A stretch of 64,000 nucleotides of DNA from Patescibacteria group bacterium UBA6017. Its GTDB lineage: Bacteria; Patescibacteriota; Saccharimonadia; UBA4664. Of this stretch, positions 9,563 through 20,186 are shown piece by piece; the stretch's first letter is position 1, and the number at the start of each line of letters is the position of its first letter. A program made the position numbers and the translations under genes. The stretch lies in the NCBI GenBank assembly GCA_002429485.1, contig DIZX01000015.1:256197-320196 (forward strand), read 5' to 3'. The notes under the pieces were generated by a model. The model had not been told where the DNA came from. It saw nothing but the letters and a program-made list of their open reading frames with translations, and searched no databases.

Positions 9563-10721
9563 TCGATCTAAGACGAGGCTATTCATAGACGCCGGGCCAA
9601 TATCTACCCCTCGCATGAGCGGGATTGGGCATGCAACCCTTGAGCTTATACGTACCCTAGGCTCAATGGAAATCTTCGTTCGGGATTATGAATTGGTTCT
9701 GGTTGGCAGTATTAGGGCGCGTGCCCAGCTCGAAAAGCTAAATCTTCCCAGCGTGAAATTCGCCCTGCTTCCTCTACCCACCAGGGTTTTTAACCGGGCC
9801 CCCGGAACATGGTTTGCACCTTTCCTAGATCTGTTTATCGGTCGGGGGATATATCTATTCACCAACTATCGCGCCTGGCCATTATTACGCTCGCCTTCCA
9901 TCACCTTTATCTATGATGTGAGCTATATAACACACCCAGAAACGGTTGGAATTCGAAATCAGCGTTTTTTAAGTAATTGGGTCCCCCGTTGGATCAAACG
10001 CAGCACAAAAATTGCCGCTATTTCAAGAAGTGCAGAGAAAGAGATCGAGCAATATCTTCGCGTTGAAAAAGACAAATTAGTTTATGTGCCGTGCGGTGTC
10101 GACACGATCCAGTTCTCCTCCCGCCCTCCTGCTGAGGTCAAGAGCCTGTCTGAGAAGTACTCTCTCTCCGAAAATTATATTTTATATCTTGGAAATATTG
10201 AGCCGCGGAAAAACCTGGCCCGTCTTGTCCGCGCTTATCGCCAGCTTCCCTCCGAGTTAAAACAGATGCATCCGCTTCTGCTCGTGGGCGGAGGTAGCTG
10301 GCAAAATTCGGAAATTGATGCCGAGATTGCAGCTGCTTTGCAGGCAGGGGAGCGCATTATTCGTCCCCAACAATACATTGAGGATGCGGATTTGCCCGCC
10401 CTGTACTCGGGGGCTGTAATGTTGGCGCATCCCGCTATCTATGAAGGCTTTGGTTTTACTCCGCTACAAGCAATGTCGTGCGGCACGCCGGTGATGGCCG
10501 GCGATAATTCTTCGATGCCAGAAGTTGCTGGAGGTGCCGCGCTCATGGTAGATGTTGCTTCAGAAAAGCAAATGACCCATACTATGCATACGATCCTTAC
10601 AGATAAGGCGGTTCGGGATCGCCTCAGATTGGCCGGTCCGAAACGCGCGCAACATTACACTTGGGCCGCTAGCGCGGAACGCCTGCTGAGCGCCATAAAC
10701 AGCATGAATTCAACCAAATGA
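9543..10721 (+). CDS. Glycosyltransferase, family 4.
   Basis: The EGFGFTPLQAMSCGTPVMAGDNSSMPEV motif is typical of GT4. The start may be at 9555. Confidence 0.85.
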   Translation: MSEVMGSRSKTRLFIDAGPISTPRMSGIGHATLELIRTLGSMEIFVRDYELVLVGSIRARAQLEKLNLPSVKFALLPLPTRVFNRAPGTWFAPFLDLFIGRGIYLFTNYRAWPLLRSPSITFIYDVSYITHPETVGIRNQRFLSNWVPRWIKRSTKIAAISRSAEKEIEQYLRVEKDKLVYVPCGVDTIQFSSRPPAEVKSLSEKYSLSENYILYLGNIEPRKNLARLVRAYRQLPSELKQMHPLLLVGGGSWQNSEIDAEIAAALQAGERIIRPQQYIEDADLPALYSGAVMLAHPAIYEGFGFTPLQAMSCGTPVMAGDNSSMPEVAGGAALMVDVASEKQMTHTMHTILTDKAVRDRLRLAGPKRAQHYTWAASAERLLSAINSMNSTK

Positions 10722-11767
10722 ACCAGCTCATTTCATACGCCCAAAATCGCGAAGATATCATTATTGACGCGTTTTTTGATTACAAAGACGATGGGTTCTA
10801 CCTGGATGTTGGGGCCAACTATCCAGTCGAAGCGTCGGTAACCAAACGTTTCTACCAGCGGGGGTGGCATGGTATAAATTTCGAACCGAATGTTAAGTTA
10901 CACGGCCTCCTAACTGCCGACAGACCTCGAGACACGAATCTGTGCCTAGGCATTGGGGCTGTCGATGCCGAAACTACCTTTCGGCAATACGACGCCGCAG
11001 ACGGGTTGTCTACTTTCTCTGAAACCGAAATGCAGACCTTGGACCCAAGCTATGTGGATCTAAAAAAGGATTATGTCGACATCAAGGTCCCGGTTCGCAC
11101 CCTGGCAAGTATAGCCAAGGAGTATTTGGAGGGGGTTCAGGTTGATTTCCTCAAGGTTGATGTTGAGGGTTTTGAGTATGATGTGCTCGCGGGCAACGAC
11201 TGGAATATCCTGAAACCTGAGGTCATATGTATCGAAGCCAACCACGTCGACCGGGACTGGCACCCAATCCTGTCTAGCCACGGCTACTCGCAATTTTTTA
11301 ACGATGGCCTCAACGAATATTATGCCCAAGAAGACTCTCCTCGCCTGAAGGCATTTAAATTCCCCGAAAAAGTCCTCATGAAAGGCAGCGTAGTTCCTTA
11401 TCAATCGCAAAGTGAGCGCAGTTGCGTGGATATTGAGCAACTCATTAGCGAAGAGGCCTCAGTGCTTGTTGAGCCACACGTGGGGCCCAAGAAACGGGCG
11501 ATTTTTCATGCCTATGCACTTCGAAGCGCGGTAGAGGATATATTCGTTGAATCAATTATGCTTTCTCGACGGGCAAAACTGCAGCAAAGTCTAGTGAAGG
11601 CAGTATCCTCATCCTCTACATTACGTCCTAACGCACTAGTAGAGAGACTGGTACCCGTGCCTCAACCCAACTCAACCCGAATTTTGATAAAAAGAGTAGT
11701 ACTAAGAGCTCTTTACCTATTCAATGAACTCACTATGGCGATTGTGGTATATGCAAAAAAAAGTTAA
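10718..11767 (+). CDS. FkbM-family SAM-dependent methyltransferase.
   Basis: YLDVGANYPVEASVTKRFYQRGWHGINFEP resembles the FkbM domain core (DVGAN...G). The gene overlaps the upstream GT by 4 nt. Confidence 0.65.
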   Translation: MNQLISYAQNREDIIIDAFFDYKDDGFYLDVGANYPVEASVTKRFYQRGWHGINFEPNVKLHGLLTADRPRDTNLCLGIGAVDAETTFRQYDAADGLSTFSETEMQTLDPSYVDLKKDYVDIKVPVRTLASIAKEYLEGVQVDFLKVDVEGFEYDVLAGNDWNILKPEVICIEANHVDRDWHPILSSHGYSQFFNDGLNEYYAQEDSPRLKAFKFPEKVLMKGSVVPYQSQSERSCVDIEQLISEEASVLVEPHVGPKKRAIFHAYALRSAVEDIFVESIMLSRRAKLQQSLVKAVSSSSTLRPNALVERLVPVPQPNSTRILIKRVVLRALYLFNELTMAIVVYAKKS

Positions 11768-13370
11768 CACCATTATTTTTGATCTCCGGCTGCTTCAGAC
11801 CGGCGCGTGGTATCGAGGCATGGGCCGCTACACCGCGGCACTACTTGGAGAACTTCCCGGGGTAATTCCAAAGGGGACTCGGTTAGTTGGGCTGTTTGGG
11901 ACTGATCTCCCCTATGCCAAGGAACGAGCCGATGAGGTGAGGAAGATATCTCCAGGGATCGAAACTGTTGTGCTCAAATTTAAAAAAGGCAGCAGCATAC
12001 CCGCAGAACGATATAATGCCGCAGCAACCTCTGCCTGGGTGAAGCAAAATGTCGTCGGCGAAGTTAATTTTATTGCAGCTTCTATTTTTAGTTTCGACTT
12101 TCAACCGTTCCTACTGCATGGAGCACGTAACTCTGTCATCTTCTACGACCTGATTCCTTACAAGAATTGGGATATCTTCGCTAATCATTTTCCACTCGAA
12201 GAGTATTTCAAGAGGTTCTCGTATATATATTCTGCCGACCATCTGTTCGCCATCTCAGGGGCGGTCCGTCAGGATTTAATCGGCCTGCTCGGGGTCAATA
12301 GCGGGCGCATTACCAACATTATGGGCGCGGCCATTCCCGCGGCATTACTCGATGATACCAATGAGCAGGATGACACAGCTCTGCTTGATCAGCTAGCAGG
12401 ACAGCGGTATGTTTTGTTGCCCGGGGGGGCCTCGCCTCACAAGAACATGTATCGTGCAGTTGCTGCTTTTGATATCTTCAATAAGAACTTTGGCGATACC
12501 TTTAAATTAGTTATTAGTTCAAACTACCCTGAACATATGCGACGGAATCTTCAAAATATTTCTCCAAATATTTTATTGAGCGGGGAGGTGTCCTCGGATA
12601 CTTTGGCCAAGATGTATGGCGACGCTGAGGCCGTTATGTTCCCTTCACTCGACGAGGGCCTCGGCCTACCAATCCTTGAGGCCGCTATGCATGGTAAGCC
12701 CGTTGTTTGCTCGGACATACCTGTCTTTAGGGAGTTTTCGGATGATTTTTACTTTTTTGACCCGAAGTCTCTGGACTCGATCGCAAGGGGGCTCCTCCAG
12801 GCCGTAGTTGACGCCAGTGCCGGTATAAACTACGCAGATAAATATAGAGGGATTAACGATAAGTTTTCTTGGCACCAGACCTCAAGGTCATTCGTCGAGG
12901 GGCTTACCGGTTTTCCCTCAAGAGAGCTATCCCGAGACCATCATGATATTCTTATCGAGTTCGACACCGAATATGGCGATATAAAGCAAATAGGGCAAGT
13001 CCTTGAGCAACATGAACTCGGTGCAGTCACACTCTGGGCTGATACTTATATTGAAAAAAATCGGCCACGGCATGAGTTGCCACTCGTCCAGCGTCATTTT
13101 TTGCGCTCTAACGACATTGTTAGCTATGTAGCGTCAAAAGGTTCTCCCGTCGAATCTCGTTCGGTTATCTTTACCGGTAAAAGCCTCTATACCGCATATT
13201 TTGCACTCAAATATGCAAGTAGCATTATTTGCTCGAAGTCGGATATGCGACATGCGATTAAGCGATTTTTAGGGTTCGCCGGAGCGCAACAAGCCTCGGA
13301 ACATGAGATTGATGCCTTAACCAAATTGGTGTCTCCAGAAATATCGAATGTAGGGACAAAAGGTGAGTAA
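11751..13370 (+). CDS. Glycosyltransferase family 4 with a ~150-aa C-terminal extension of unknown function.
   Basis: ORF 11724..13370. The likely start is MQKKVNTIIFDLRLL at 11751. The GT4 motif is SLDEGLGLPILEAAMHGKPVVCSDIPVFREF. Confidence 0.8.
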   Translation: MQKKVNTIIFDLRLLQTGAWYRGMGRYTAALLGELPGVIPKGTRLVGLFGTDLPYAKERADEVRKISPGIETVVLKFKKGSSIPAERYNAAATSAWVKQNVVGEVNFIAASIFSFDFQPFLLHGARNSVIFYDLIPYKNWDIFANHFPLEEYFKRFSYIYSADHLFAISGAVRQDLIGLLGVNSGRITNIMGAAIPAALLDDTNEQDDTALLDQLAGQRYVLLPGGASPHKNMYRAVAAFDIFNKNFGDTFKLVISSNYPEHMRRNLQNISPNILLSGEVSSDTLAKMYGDAEAVMFPSLDEGLGLPILEAAMHGKPVVCSDIPVFREFSDDFYFFDPKSLDSIARGLLQAVVDASAGINYADKYRGINDKFSWHQTSRSFVEGLTGFPSRELSRDHHDILIEFDTEYGDIKQIGQVLEQHELGAVTLWADTYIEKNRPRHELPLVQRHFLRSNDIVSYVASKGSPVESRSVIFTGKSLYTAYFALKYASSIICSKSDMRHAIKRFLGFAGAQQASEHEIDALTKLVSPEISNVGTKGE

Positions 13371-14670
13371 ATTAATAGTAGACATCACGCAGTTAGTGAA
13401 CTGGCAGGGTAAACTCACCGGCATACCCCGGGTGATGGACGAAATCGCCAGTAGGTATGCGGTATCTGAAAATGATCCCCACTTTGTCGCCTGGTCCGCC
13501 CCGCTTGGCGGCTTTGAGCCCGTTGATCTCAAGGTATCAATGGGCAGACGGCAAACAACTGTGATTCCTCAGGTAGCTTCGCCAGAGGTCGGGCATACAG
13601 ATAGTTACTCTCTCGTCCATCGAGCCCTGCGGAAGGGAAAGAGGCTAGCCGCGGGAGCTTCTCGCCGCGTCGGCATATATGAATACGCTAACCGGGTTGC
13701 TGGACCGTACCTTCGGCTCCAAAGCAGTTTTGAGACCCCGCGTTCACTCGTGACTCCCGCCCATGGTGATACCCTGTTGATTTTATGGGGGGAGTGGGCC
13801 GACGATACTTATATTCGCCGCATAGTTGAGCTAAAGGCCAATGGGGTCCTGCTAGCCCAGGTCTCCTACGATATGCTCCCTGCTGTTACCCCGCAGTATT
13901 CGGGTCATTCCACCGCACCATTCATCCGCTACAACCGAGAGATCCTCCCAATATGCGACCTCGTCTTGTCTATATCTGAGCATACCCGCCAGGACATAAA
14001 GGTCTGGCTTGGCGAGCAGGGTCTCAAAGTTCCGCGTATCGAAGTTATTCGGCTTGGTGATACGCTCACTAATAAACACGCCATCCAGCCCCAAGATCCC
14101 TCATTTGATAGCGCTGGGCTTATGGGCGGTGACTATATTCTTTGCGTCGGGACAATTGAGGCCCGAAAGAACCACGCTCTTCTCTACTACGTGTATAAGT
14201 TGGCCAAAGAACGCGGTATTAAGCTACCGAAATTGATAATTGTTGGCCGGCGCGGGTGGTTGACGGAAAACATCTTTGAGCTAATCACGACCGACCCCGA
14301 TACGGCCAACAAGATCATTCCTTTGCTGGAGACCAGCGACGACGAGCTTACTTGGCTATATCGTCATTGTAGTTTCACGGTGTACCCTAGTTTCTATGAA
14401 GGCTGGGGGCTGCCCATCGCAGAGAGCGTAGCGCATGGGGTGCCATGTATAAGCAGTAACACCAGCAGTATGCCTGAAATCGCCGGCTCGCTTATCGATT
14501 ATTTTAGCCCGGCTTCCACCGAAGAGTGCTTGGGCGCTATCATGGGGCTTACAGATCCATCTAAACTTGCGGACGCCAAGCGCCGCGTTCGGCAATATAA
14601 GATCACATTGTGGGACGAAACTTTTATCACAGTTGAGCGCTTAATAGGAGAGCTGAAAAATGCAAATTAA
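13363..14670 (+). CDS. Glycosyltransferase, family 4.
   Basis: YPSFYEGWGLPIAESVAHGVPCISSNTSSMPEIAG. It is a paralogue of 17039..18346. Confidence 0.85.
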   Translation: MSKLIVDITQLVNWQGKLTGIPRVMDEIASRYAVSENDPHFVAWSAPLGGFEPVDLKVSMGRRQTTVIPQVASPEVGHTDSYSLVHRALRKGKRLAAGASRRVGIYEYANRVAGPYLRLQSSFETPRSLVTPAHGDTLLILWGEWADDTYIRRIVELKANGVLLAQVSYDMLPAVTPQYSGHSTAPFIRYNREILPICDLVLSISEHTRQDIKVWLGEQGLKVPRIEVIRLGDTLTNKHAIQPQDPSFDSAGLMGGDYILCVGTIEARKNHALLYYVYKLAKERGIKLPKLIIVGRRGWLTENIFELITTDPDTANKIIPLLETSDDELTWLYRHCSFTVYPSFYEGWGLPIAESVAHGVPCISSNTSSMPEIAGSLIDYFSPASTEECLGAIMGLTDPSKLADAKRRVRQYKITLWDETFITVERLIGELKNAN

Positions 14671-15838
14671 GATTCTCAATATAACAACTCAGCATGAAGT
14701 CTGCGGCATTGCGAAGTATCAGGAACAATATATGGAAGCCCTGAATGATCACGAGGGTATTAAGTCGGACCTATTTCCGTATTCTCCGAATATAACAAAG
14801 CTCATGTCTCGGGCCCAGTTCTCTGCGGTTCTTGCGGAATTTGAACAGCAGCTCCAAGATTACGATATTCTGCATCTACAGCATGAGTTTGCTTTTTATC
14901 GTGGCAATCAGCTTGGTCAGTATTTTGATGTCGCCAAGAAGCTTGGCAAAAAAATAGTAGTTACAATTCACACCTCGCCCGAGATTGTCCATTTGCCCGC
15001 CGTTAGCCCTCGGGGTGTCCGTAGCGGCCTACTATTTCTGAAAAATATTAGCGCAGAGCGTCATTTTGATCAAAGTTTCATATCGCCTATGCATCAAGCA
15101 GATCGTATTCTCGTTCATAATCTTCGGACTCATCACGTTCTGCTTGACCTCAAGCTATCCGCCGACAAGGTGAAGCTTATTGAGCTCCCCGTACCAATGC
15201 TAGGTCAAATCTCGCCATCGGCCCGGCTACACAAAGCGCTATCGGTAAAGTCAGGCGATGTCCTAATTGGTATAGTTGGCTTTGTTGCGAAAGTTAAAGG
15301 GGTAGATCATGCAGTTCGTGCGCTGAGCTTTTTGCCGGATAACTATAAATTAGCGATTATTGGAGGGATCCATCCTCAGAGCGCCGATATGGGTTATCTC
15401 GACTACGTGTGCGATATAGTCGTGCAACATGGGCTTCAAGACAGAGTTTATATTACAGGGTTTGTGCCCGAAAACGATGAGCTCAATAGGTTGATTCGGG
15501 AGTGCGATATATGCGTGTACCCATACGAGCAGCATTATTATGCCGGAGTATCGTCTGCGGCACTTGCCGATGCTTTTGCGAACCATAAGCCGGTAATTGC
15601 TTATCCCACGGCCGCTTTCCAAGAGCTAAACACGCATAATGAGGCGATGATTCTCTGTAAATCGTTCAATTATTATGAATTAGCCCGTGAACTCAAGGGC
15701 ATCAATATTGAGGCCGCCCGGAAAGCTTCAACGCTTTTTGCGGTCGGACATTCGTATCCAAAGGTGGCGCCAAAGGTCATATCTGCTTATGAGAATCTAC
15801 TTTCCGGTGTACGGCAACAGACCGATGCAAAGGATTAG
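14660..15838 (+). CDS. Glycosyltransferase (GT-B, GT4-like).
   Basis: YPYEQHYYAGVSSAALADAFANHKPVIAYPT. The N-terminal half is a Rossmann-like domain. Confidence 0.7.
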   Translation: MQIKILNITTQHEVCGIAKYQEQYMEALNDHEGIKSDLFPYSPNITKLMSRAQFSAVLAEFEQQLQDYDILHLQHEFAFYRGNQLGQYFDVAKKLGKKIVVTIHTSPEIVHLPAVSPRGVRSGLLFLKNISAERHFDQSFISPMHQADRILVHNLRTHHVLLDLKLSADKVKLIELPVPMLGQISPSARLHKALSVKSGDVLIGIVGFVAKVKGVDHAVRALSFLPDNYKLAIIGGIHPQSADMGYLDYVCDIVVQHGLQDRVYITGFVPENDELNRLIRECDICVYPYEQHYYAGVSSAALADAFANHKPVIAYPTAAFQELNTHNEAMILCKSFNYYELARELKGINIEAARKASTLFAVGHSYPKVAPKVISAYENLLSGVRQQTDAKD

Positions 15839-17042
15839 TTCAAAGCGAGTCCTTATTCTAGGGACATACCCGATCGCTCAGCCGCAGCATGGGGGCCAGA
15901 AGCGGACCCGGGCTATCCTCGACTTTTACGCTGATATATTCGCCGAGGTCAAATATGTTGCGGTATTTTCGCCGAAAGATTATCCGGCTTCAGGTCGCGA
16001 TGACATCGCCTTTAACCCGCCGATCAATCAAGAACACCCCGAGGACAGCCTCGTTTCGGACTTGGCCCTCGGTCGAGCCATCGCCTCCGACCCAGGTGTT
16101 AAGGGAAAAATTGTTAAGTTACTCACTAGATATCGGCCGGACATTATTCAGGTCGAGCAGCCATATGTGTATTCGGGCCTCGCCGAAACACTTACTGAGC
16201 TAGGATTGAATCCAGCGATAATATACAGCTCCCAGAACGTTGAATCTCAGATGAAAGAGCAAATGCTAACCGCGGCCGGGTGCAATCGGGCGACGGTCAA
16301 TCGATATTGCACCCAGATTCAAGAACTCGAGCAAGGTTTAGTCAAATCGGCGGACTTGGTCATTGCCGTAAGCAAGGAGGATGCGGCGCAATTCACGAGC
16401 TATGGACCTCGTCGAATTGTGCTGGCCCCGAATGGCATCGCTCGCTCAGTAGTCTCTCCCTCCTCGCTCAAATACTGGGGACGACATTTGGCAAAGCGCC
16501 ATGTTGCTCATCTGGCGATCTTTGTTGGCAGCGCTCACCTTCCCAACTGGGAAGGCTTCCTTGAAATTATTGGCCCCAAGCTGGGTTTTCTGCCCTTTGG
16601 AACAGAAATTATGATTGTCGGCGGAGTCGGCGGGATGGTTAATAGCTACCGATTCAGCCCTTGGTTCTCGCGGGTTGGCTTCCTTCAGCGCGCTGAAGTC
16701 GTTGGGAGGGTAGATGAGACCAGTCTGGCTGCACTGCTTTCTCTCGCTAAAGTAATCATCCTGCCCATCACCACCGGCGGTGGGTCCAACCTCAAAACCG
16801 CGGAAGCAATACTCTCCGGCAAGAAGATCGTCGCCACGCCATTTGCCTTTCGAGGGCAAGAACAATTTCAGCACCTGCCCGGCGTCGATATCCAGAGTAC
16901 TCCGGAGGGTTTTCGTACGGCACTGGTTGCTGCCCTGGAGTCGTCTGAGCCCAAGCGAAGTCCTCAAGATAAGCAGACTGCCGGCCAGGTAGTCTGGAGT
17001 GAAACTCTTAGGCCGTTAACCATGGAAGTGAACAAACTATGA
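15825..17042 (+). CDS. Glycosyltransferase (GT-B fold).
   Basis: ORF 15687..17042. The likely start is MQRISSKRVLILGTY at 15825. The motif is ILPITTGGGSNLKTAEAILSGKKIVATPFAFRG. Confidence 0.7.
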   Translation: MQRISSKRVLILGTYPIAQPQHGGQKRTRAILDFYADIFAEVKYVAVFSPKDYPASGRDDIAFNPPINQEHPEDSLVSDLALGRAIASDPGVKGKIVKLLTRYRPDIIQVEQPYVYSGLAETLTELGLNPAIIYSSQNVESQMKEQMLTAAGCNRATVNRYCTQIQELEQGLVKSADLVIAVSKEDAAQFTSYGPRRIVLAPNGIARSVVSPSSLKYWGRHLAKRHVAHLAIFVGSAHLPNWEGFLEIIGPKLGFLPFGTEIMIVGGVGGMVNSYRFSPWFSRVGFLQRAEVVGRVDETSLAALLSLAKVIILPITTGGGSNLKTAEAILSGKKIVATPFAFRGQEQFQHLPGVDIQSTPEGFRTALVAALESSEPKRSPQDKQTAGQVVWSETLRPLTMEVNKL

Positions 17043-18346
17043 AGCGACCCCGCGTCTGGATTGATCTGAGCGATATCAGCACCTGGAAGGGTCATTACAC
17101 GGGCATTCAGCGCGTCGTAGTGAGTCTTAGCGGCCAATTTGCGGCCAGCGAGGAGGATGTGCGTTTCTTCGTTTACAACCAACGGCGCAACGAGTTCCTG
17201 CGCACTCAGCTATCTACTATTACACGCCCAGAAACCGACGACATGCCCGCCCCCGACCGGGCTAGCTCGCTAGGGGTCAGGCTAAAAGCTCTTATGCGCT
17301 GGACGTACGCCCATACTCCGACACGAATCCAGCGAGTTGTTCCGCCTGAACGCCGGAGGCAAATCCGAGCCGCTGGTGGCAAGATGATTAGCTCCCTACG
17401 GGCAAATGGGCGCTCCACAAGCCTTCCGACCGATGGGCCCGCCCAATTTGAGCGCGGAGACATTGTCCTCGTTCTCGGGGCAGCCTGGGAGCGGCCAGGC
17501 CTACTGCCCTCGCTAGCGAAACTCCGCCAAGACCATGGGATTAAACTGCATTGTTTAATTTACGATCTCATCCCCGTAATTCAGCCTCAATTTTTTGGTC
17601 CTGGGCTACCGGAGCGATATACCAAGTTCATGTTTGAGCTTGCGGCAAATTCCGACGGCATCATGGCCATCTCACAGTCCACCAGTCGCGATTTTGGGAC
17701 ATTTTGTACCTCTGTTGGGATAATAGCGCCGCCGGTTAGTGTCATACGGCTTGGCGATAATCCCGAGCTCCAGCCCGTGAAATCGGTACCAGTCGTAGGC
17801 ATCGAATCCGAAAGCTATATTCTTGCGGTTGGGTCTTTTGAAGCCAGGAAGAACTACGCCCTTCTGTACAGTGTCTGGAAGCAGGCCGCCCTCAACGGGC
17901 AAATCCTTCCTCGTTTGGTTATCGTTGGTTCTAAGGGCTGGGCAGCAGGGGATACGCTGGCAGCAATGCAGCTAGATCCGGACGTAGCAGAAGCTATCAC
18001 TGTTCTGGGAGGCATCAGTCGCGCTCGTCTGACCTGGCTGTATCAAAACGCGATGTTTACGATTTACCCTTCTACATACGAGGGCTGGGGGCTTCCGATA
18101 GCCGAGTCTCTTGCCTACGGTAAGCCATGTCTGGCCTCTAATACGTCGTCGATGCCGGAGGTCGGAGGGGATCTGGTGGATTACTTCAACCCCCTCGATC
18201 CGCAGGGTTGTCTCTTGGCTATCAAAGCCTATTTGGAGCCCGGCGCCTTAGCCGCTCATCACGAACGCATCCAGTCCGAATTCAAGACCACCTCTTGGGC
18301 CGCAACCCTCCAACAGGTTCAGCGCAATCTCGCGGGTGAAGAGTAA
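17039..18346 (+). CDS. Glycosyltransferase, family 4.
   Basis: YPSTYEGWGLPIAESLAYGKPCLASNTSSMPEVGG. The length and architecture match 13363..14670. Confidence 0.85.
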   Translation: MKRPRVWIDLSDISTWKGHYTGIQRVVVSLSGQFAASEEDVRFFVYNQRRNEFLRTQLSTITRPETDDMPAPDRASSLGVRLKALMRWTYAHTPTRIQRVVPPERRRQIRAAGGKMISSLRANGRSTSLPTDGPAQFERGDIVLVLGAAWERPGLLPSLAKLRQDHGIKLHCLIYDLIPVIQPQFFGPGLPERYTKFMFELAANSDGIMAISQSTSRDFGTFCTSVGIIAPPVSVIRLGDNPELQPVKSVPVVGIESESYILAVGSFEARKNYALLYSVWKQAALNGQILPRLVIVGSKGWAAGDTLAAMQLDPDVAEAITVLGGISRARLTWLYQNAMFTIYPSTYEGWGLPIAESLAYGKPCLASNTSSMPEVGGDLVDYFNPLDPQGCLLAIKAYLEPGALAAHHERIQSEFKTTSWAATLQQVQRNLAGEE

Positions 18347-18389
18347 CTCAGTCTGTGTTCCCGCAGCTCGATAGTAGCAAATAAAGATG

Positions 18390-20180
18390 TTACTGCAGGC
18401 TGAAAAGGGAAAATCGCATATCCTCATAAATCTTATGATGGACGGCCGCATCCACTTGGTTCGCAAGTTCCGGGTTGCTCGTAGACAGTTGCTTATCAAC
18501 TAGAATATAGCGTAGATTCAACGCTCTCATTTTAGCTACATCATCAGAGTGGAAGTCGGAAAAATCATTAATTTGAGAAAAATATTCAGGTGGGGTGTAG
18601 CCGCTGTAACCGTTAAAAATGTTCCGGTTATAGTAGCCCGACCACATCACCTCTTCGGCCCGGGCTACTGGAATCTGTGCGTTAGGGTAGTCGACGTCGG
18701 CCGAAATAATTACAATATTGTTCACTTCCGGGTGCGCCTTAATGTACTTGTAGACCGCCGGAATATTCAGATTGTAGTTGTATTCGTGGGTGCTCATGGC
18801 TACCTGGTGCTGTGGCAATAATTCAATCGCAACCAGCAAGCAAATGAGAGCGTATAGCCCTGTTCGAGCTTTGTTACCTATGTTCCATTGCTTAAGCACC
18901 CCAGGGAGAAAAGCTAACCCTATACATAGTGCTAATAGTACCAACCCGCTCGATCTTCCTACGGCGCGAATGAAGGACAGTTGAGGCAAGAATCTATCAA
19001 CGAGCAGGTAAGGCAACGGAATTGTGATCGGTATGCCGCCGCCTAATCCTGGATACATAAAGTTACCCCTGATCTTAAGCAGCGGGCCCAATGACACTAT
19101 AAACCCCGCCACGCCAATACCGAGGAATGTCATCGCCAACCCATACCTCCGCCAATTCGCCAGACTGCCACGCCGCCAGACGAATACCATCAATAATATT
19201 AGAGCAAAAACTAGATATAATGTTATGCCGTGGAATGACCGGCTATCGAGGTTATATGATTGCGCGTGAGGGTGGAAATGATAAAAAACTCCGCCCACAA
19301 TAGTAGATGGATCTGGTGTCAAATAATCCGCCAAACTCGAGGCATACTTCGTCTGATCCGCCACGCTGAAAGCCGCATGGTTGGCTTTAGAAAAACGTAC
19401 GTATTGAACCGCTAGTGGCATAGTCGTAGCAATAGCCAACGCAACTGCTGCTCCCAGCATAAGGATTTGTTTTGGTTTCGTAAGCCTAAACGCTATAAGT
19501 CCGAGTATTAGTACAGACATCGCCAATAACACGAACGCCATCTGGTACCAAGAGGCATAGAACTGAAGCACCAAAGATAGCCATAAAAAGACCAGCCACT
19601 TGATATTCTTTTTCTCTAGATACTTCAACACCATCAAGATTGCTAAAGGCAAGTAGAAAATACTAAGGCTCTGGAGGTGGGATACTGCCGCAATTTTAAA
19701 GGGGGCAAATTCAAACGCCAGGCCTGCTAACACGGAGACAACTTCATTCCCCCGGCTGATGTGCTTTACGAGCAGGTAGACGAACCAGCCGGATAGGAAA
19801 AAACTAATAACTGTCCAGATATTATAAGAAAACAGTGGGCTATTATTTATCCAGTATAAGGGCAGCGTGAGGAGGCCGGCTGAAAGCTGTGTTTCCGAAT
19901 ACAGCATAGTGTCTGGGTGGGGGTAGTATATATTTGAGTTAATGTATTGTGGGCAGCTTTGGGCCAGAATACAGTGCTGATCTCTCGCCAACGTCCAGGC
20001 ATTGAACATAGCATCGCCGCCCTCGCTATAAGAGGCTGCTCTGGTTATCATAGGCCAGAAAAATATTGCTGTGGCCGCCAATATTAGAAGTGTGCCTATC
20101 CAGTACCGGCGGATATATTTTCTGGGACTTGTTGCGTTCGCCCAAATCGTGGAGGCGACTTCGCTTAGCTTAGCCATCAT
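18390..20180 (-). CDS. Polytopic membrane glycosyltransferase-like protein (GT-C-like; polyprenyl-phosphate-sugar dependent). The family is uncertain.
   Basis: A 596-aa protein with more than 10 TM segments plus a C-terminal soluble domain. It is encoded directly downstream of a GtrB-like GT2 gene. Confidence 0.5.
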   Translation of the reverse strand: MMAKLSEVASTIWANATSPRKYIRRYWIGTLLILAATAIFFWPMITRAASYSEGGDAMFNAWTLARDQHCILAQSCPQYINSNIYYPHPDTMLYSETQLSAGLLTLPLYWINNSPLFSYNIWTVISFFLSGWFVYLLVKHISRGNEVVSVLAGLAFEFAPFKIAAVSHLQSLSIFYLPLAILMVLKYLEKKNIKWLVFLWLSLVLQFYASWYQMAFVLLAMSVLILGLIAFRLTKPKQILMLGAAVALAIATTMPLAVQYVRFSKANHAAFSVADQTKYASSLADYLTPDPSTIVGGVFYHFHPHAQSYNLDSRSFHGITLYLVFALILLMVFVWRRGSLANWRRYGLAMTFLGIGVAGFIVSLGPLLKIRGNFMYPGLGGGIPITIPLPYLLVDRFLPQLSFIRAVGRSSGLVLLALCIGLAFLPGVLKQWNIGNKARTGLYALICLLVAIELLPQHQVAMSTHEYNYNLNIPAVYKYIKAHPEVNNIVIISADVDYPNAQIPVARAEEVMWSGYYNRNIFNGYSGYTPPEYFSQINDFSDFHSDDVAKMRALNLRYILVDKQLSTSNPELANQVDAAVHHKIYEDMRFSLFSLQ

Positions 20181-20186
20181 TTAAGC

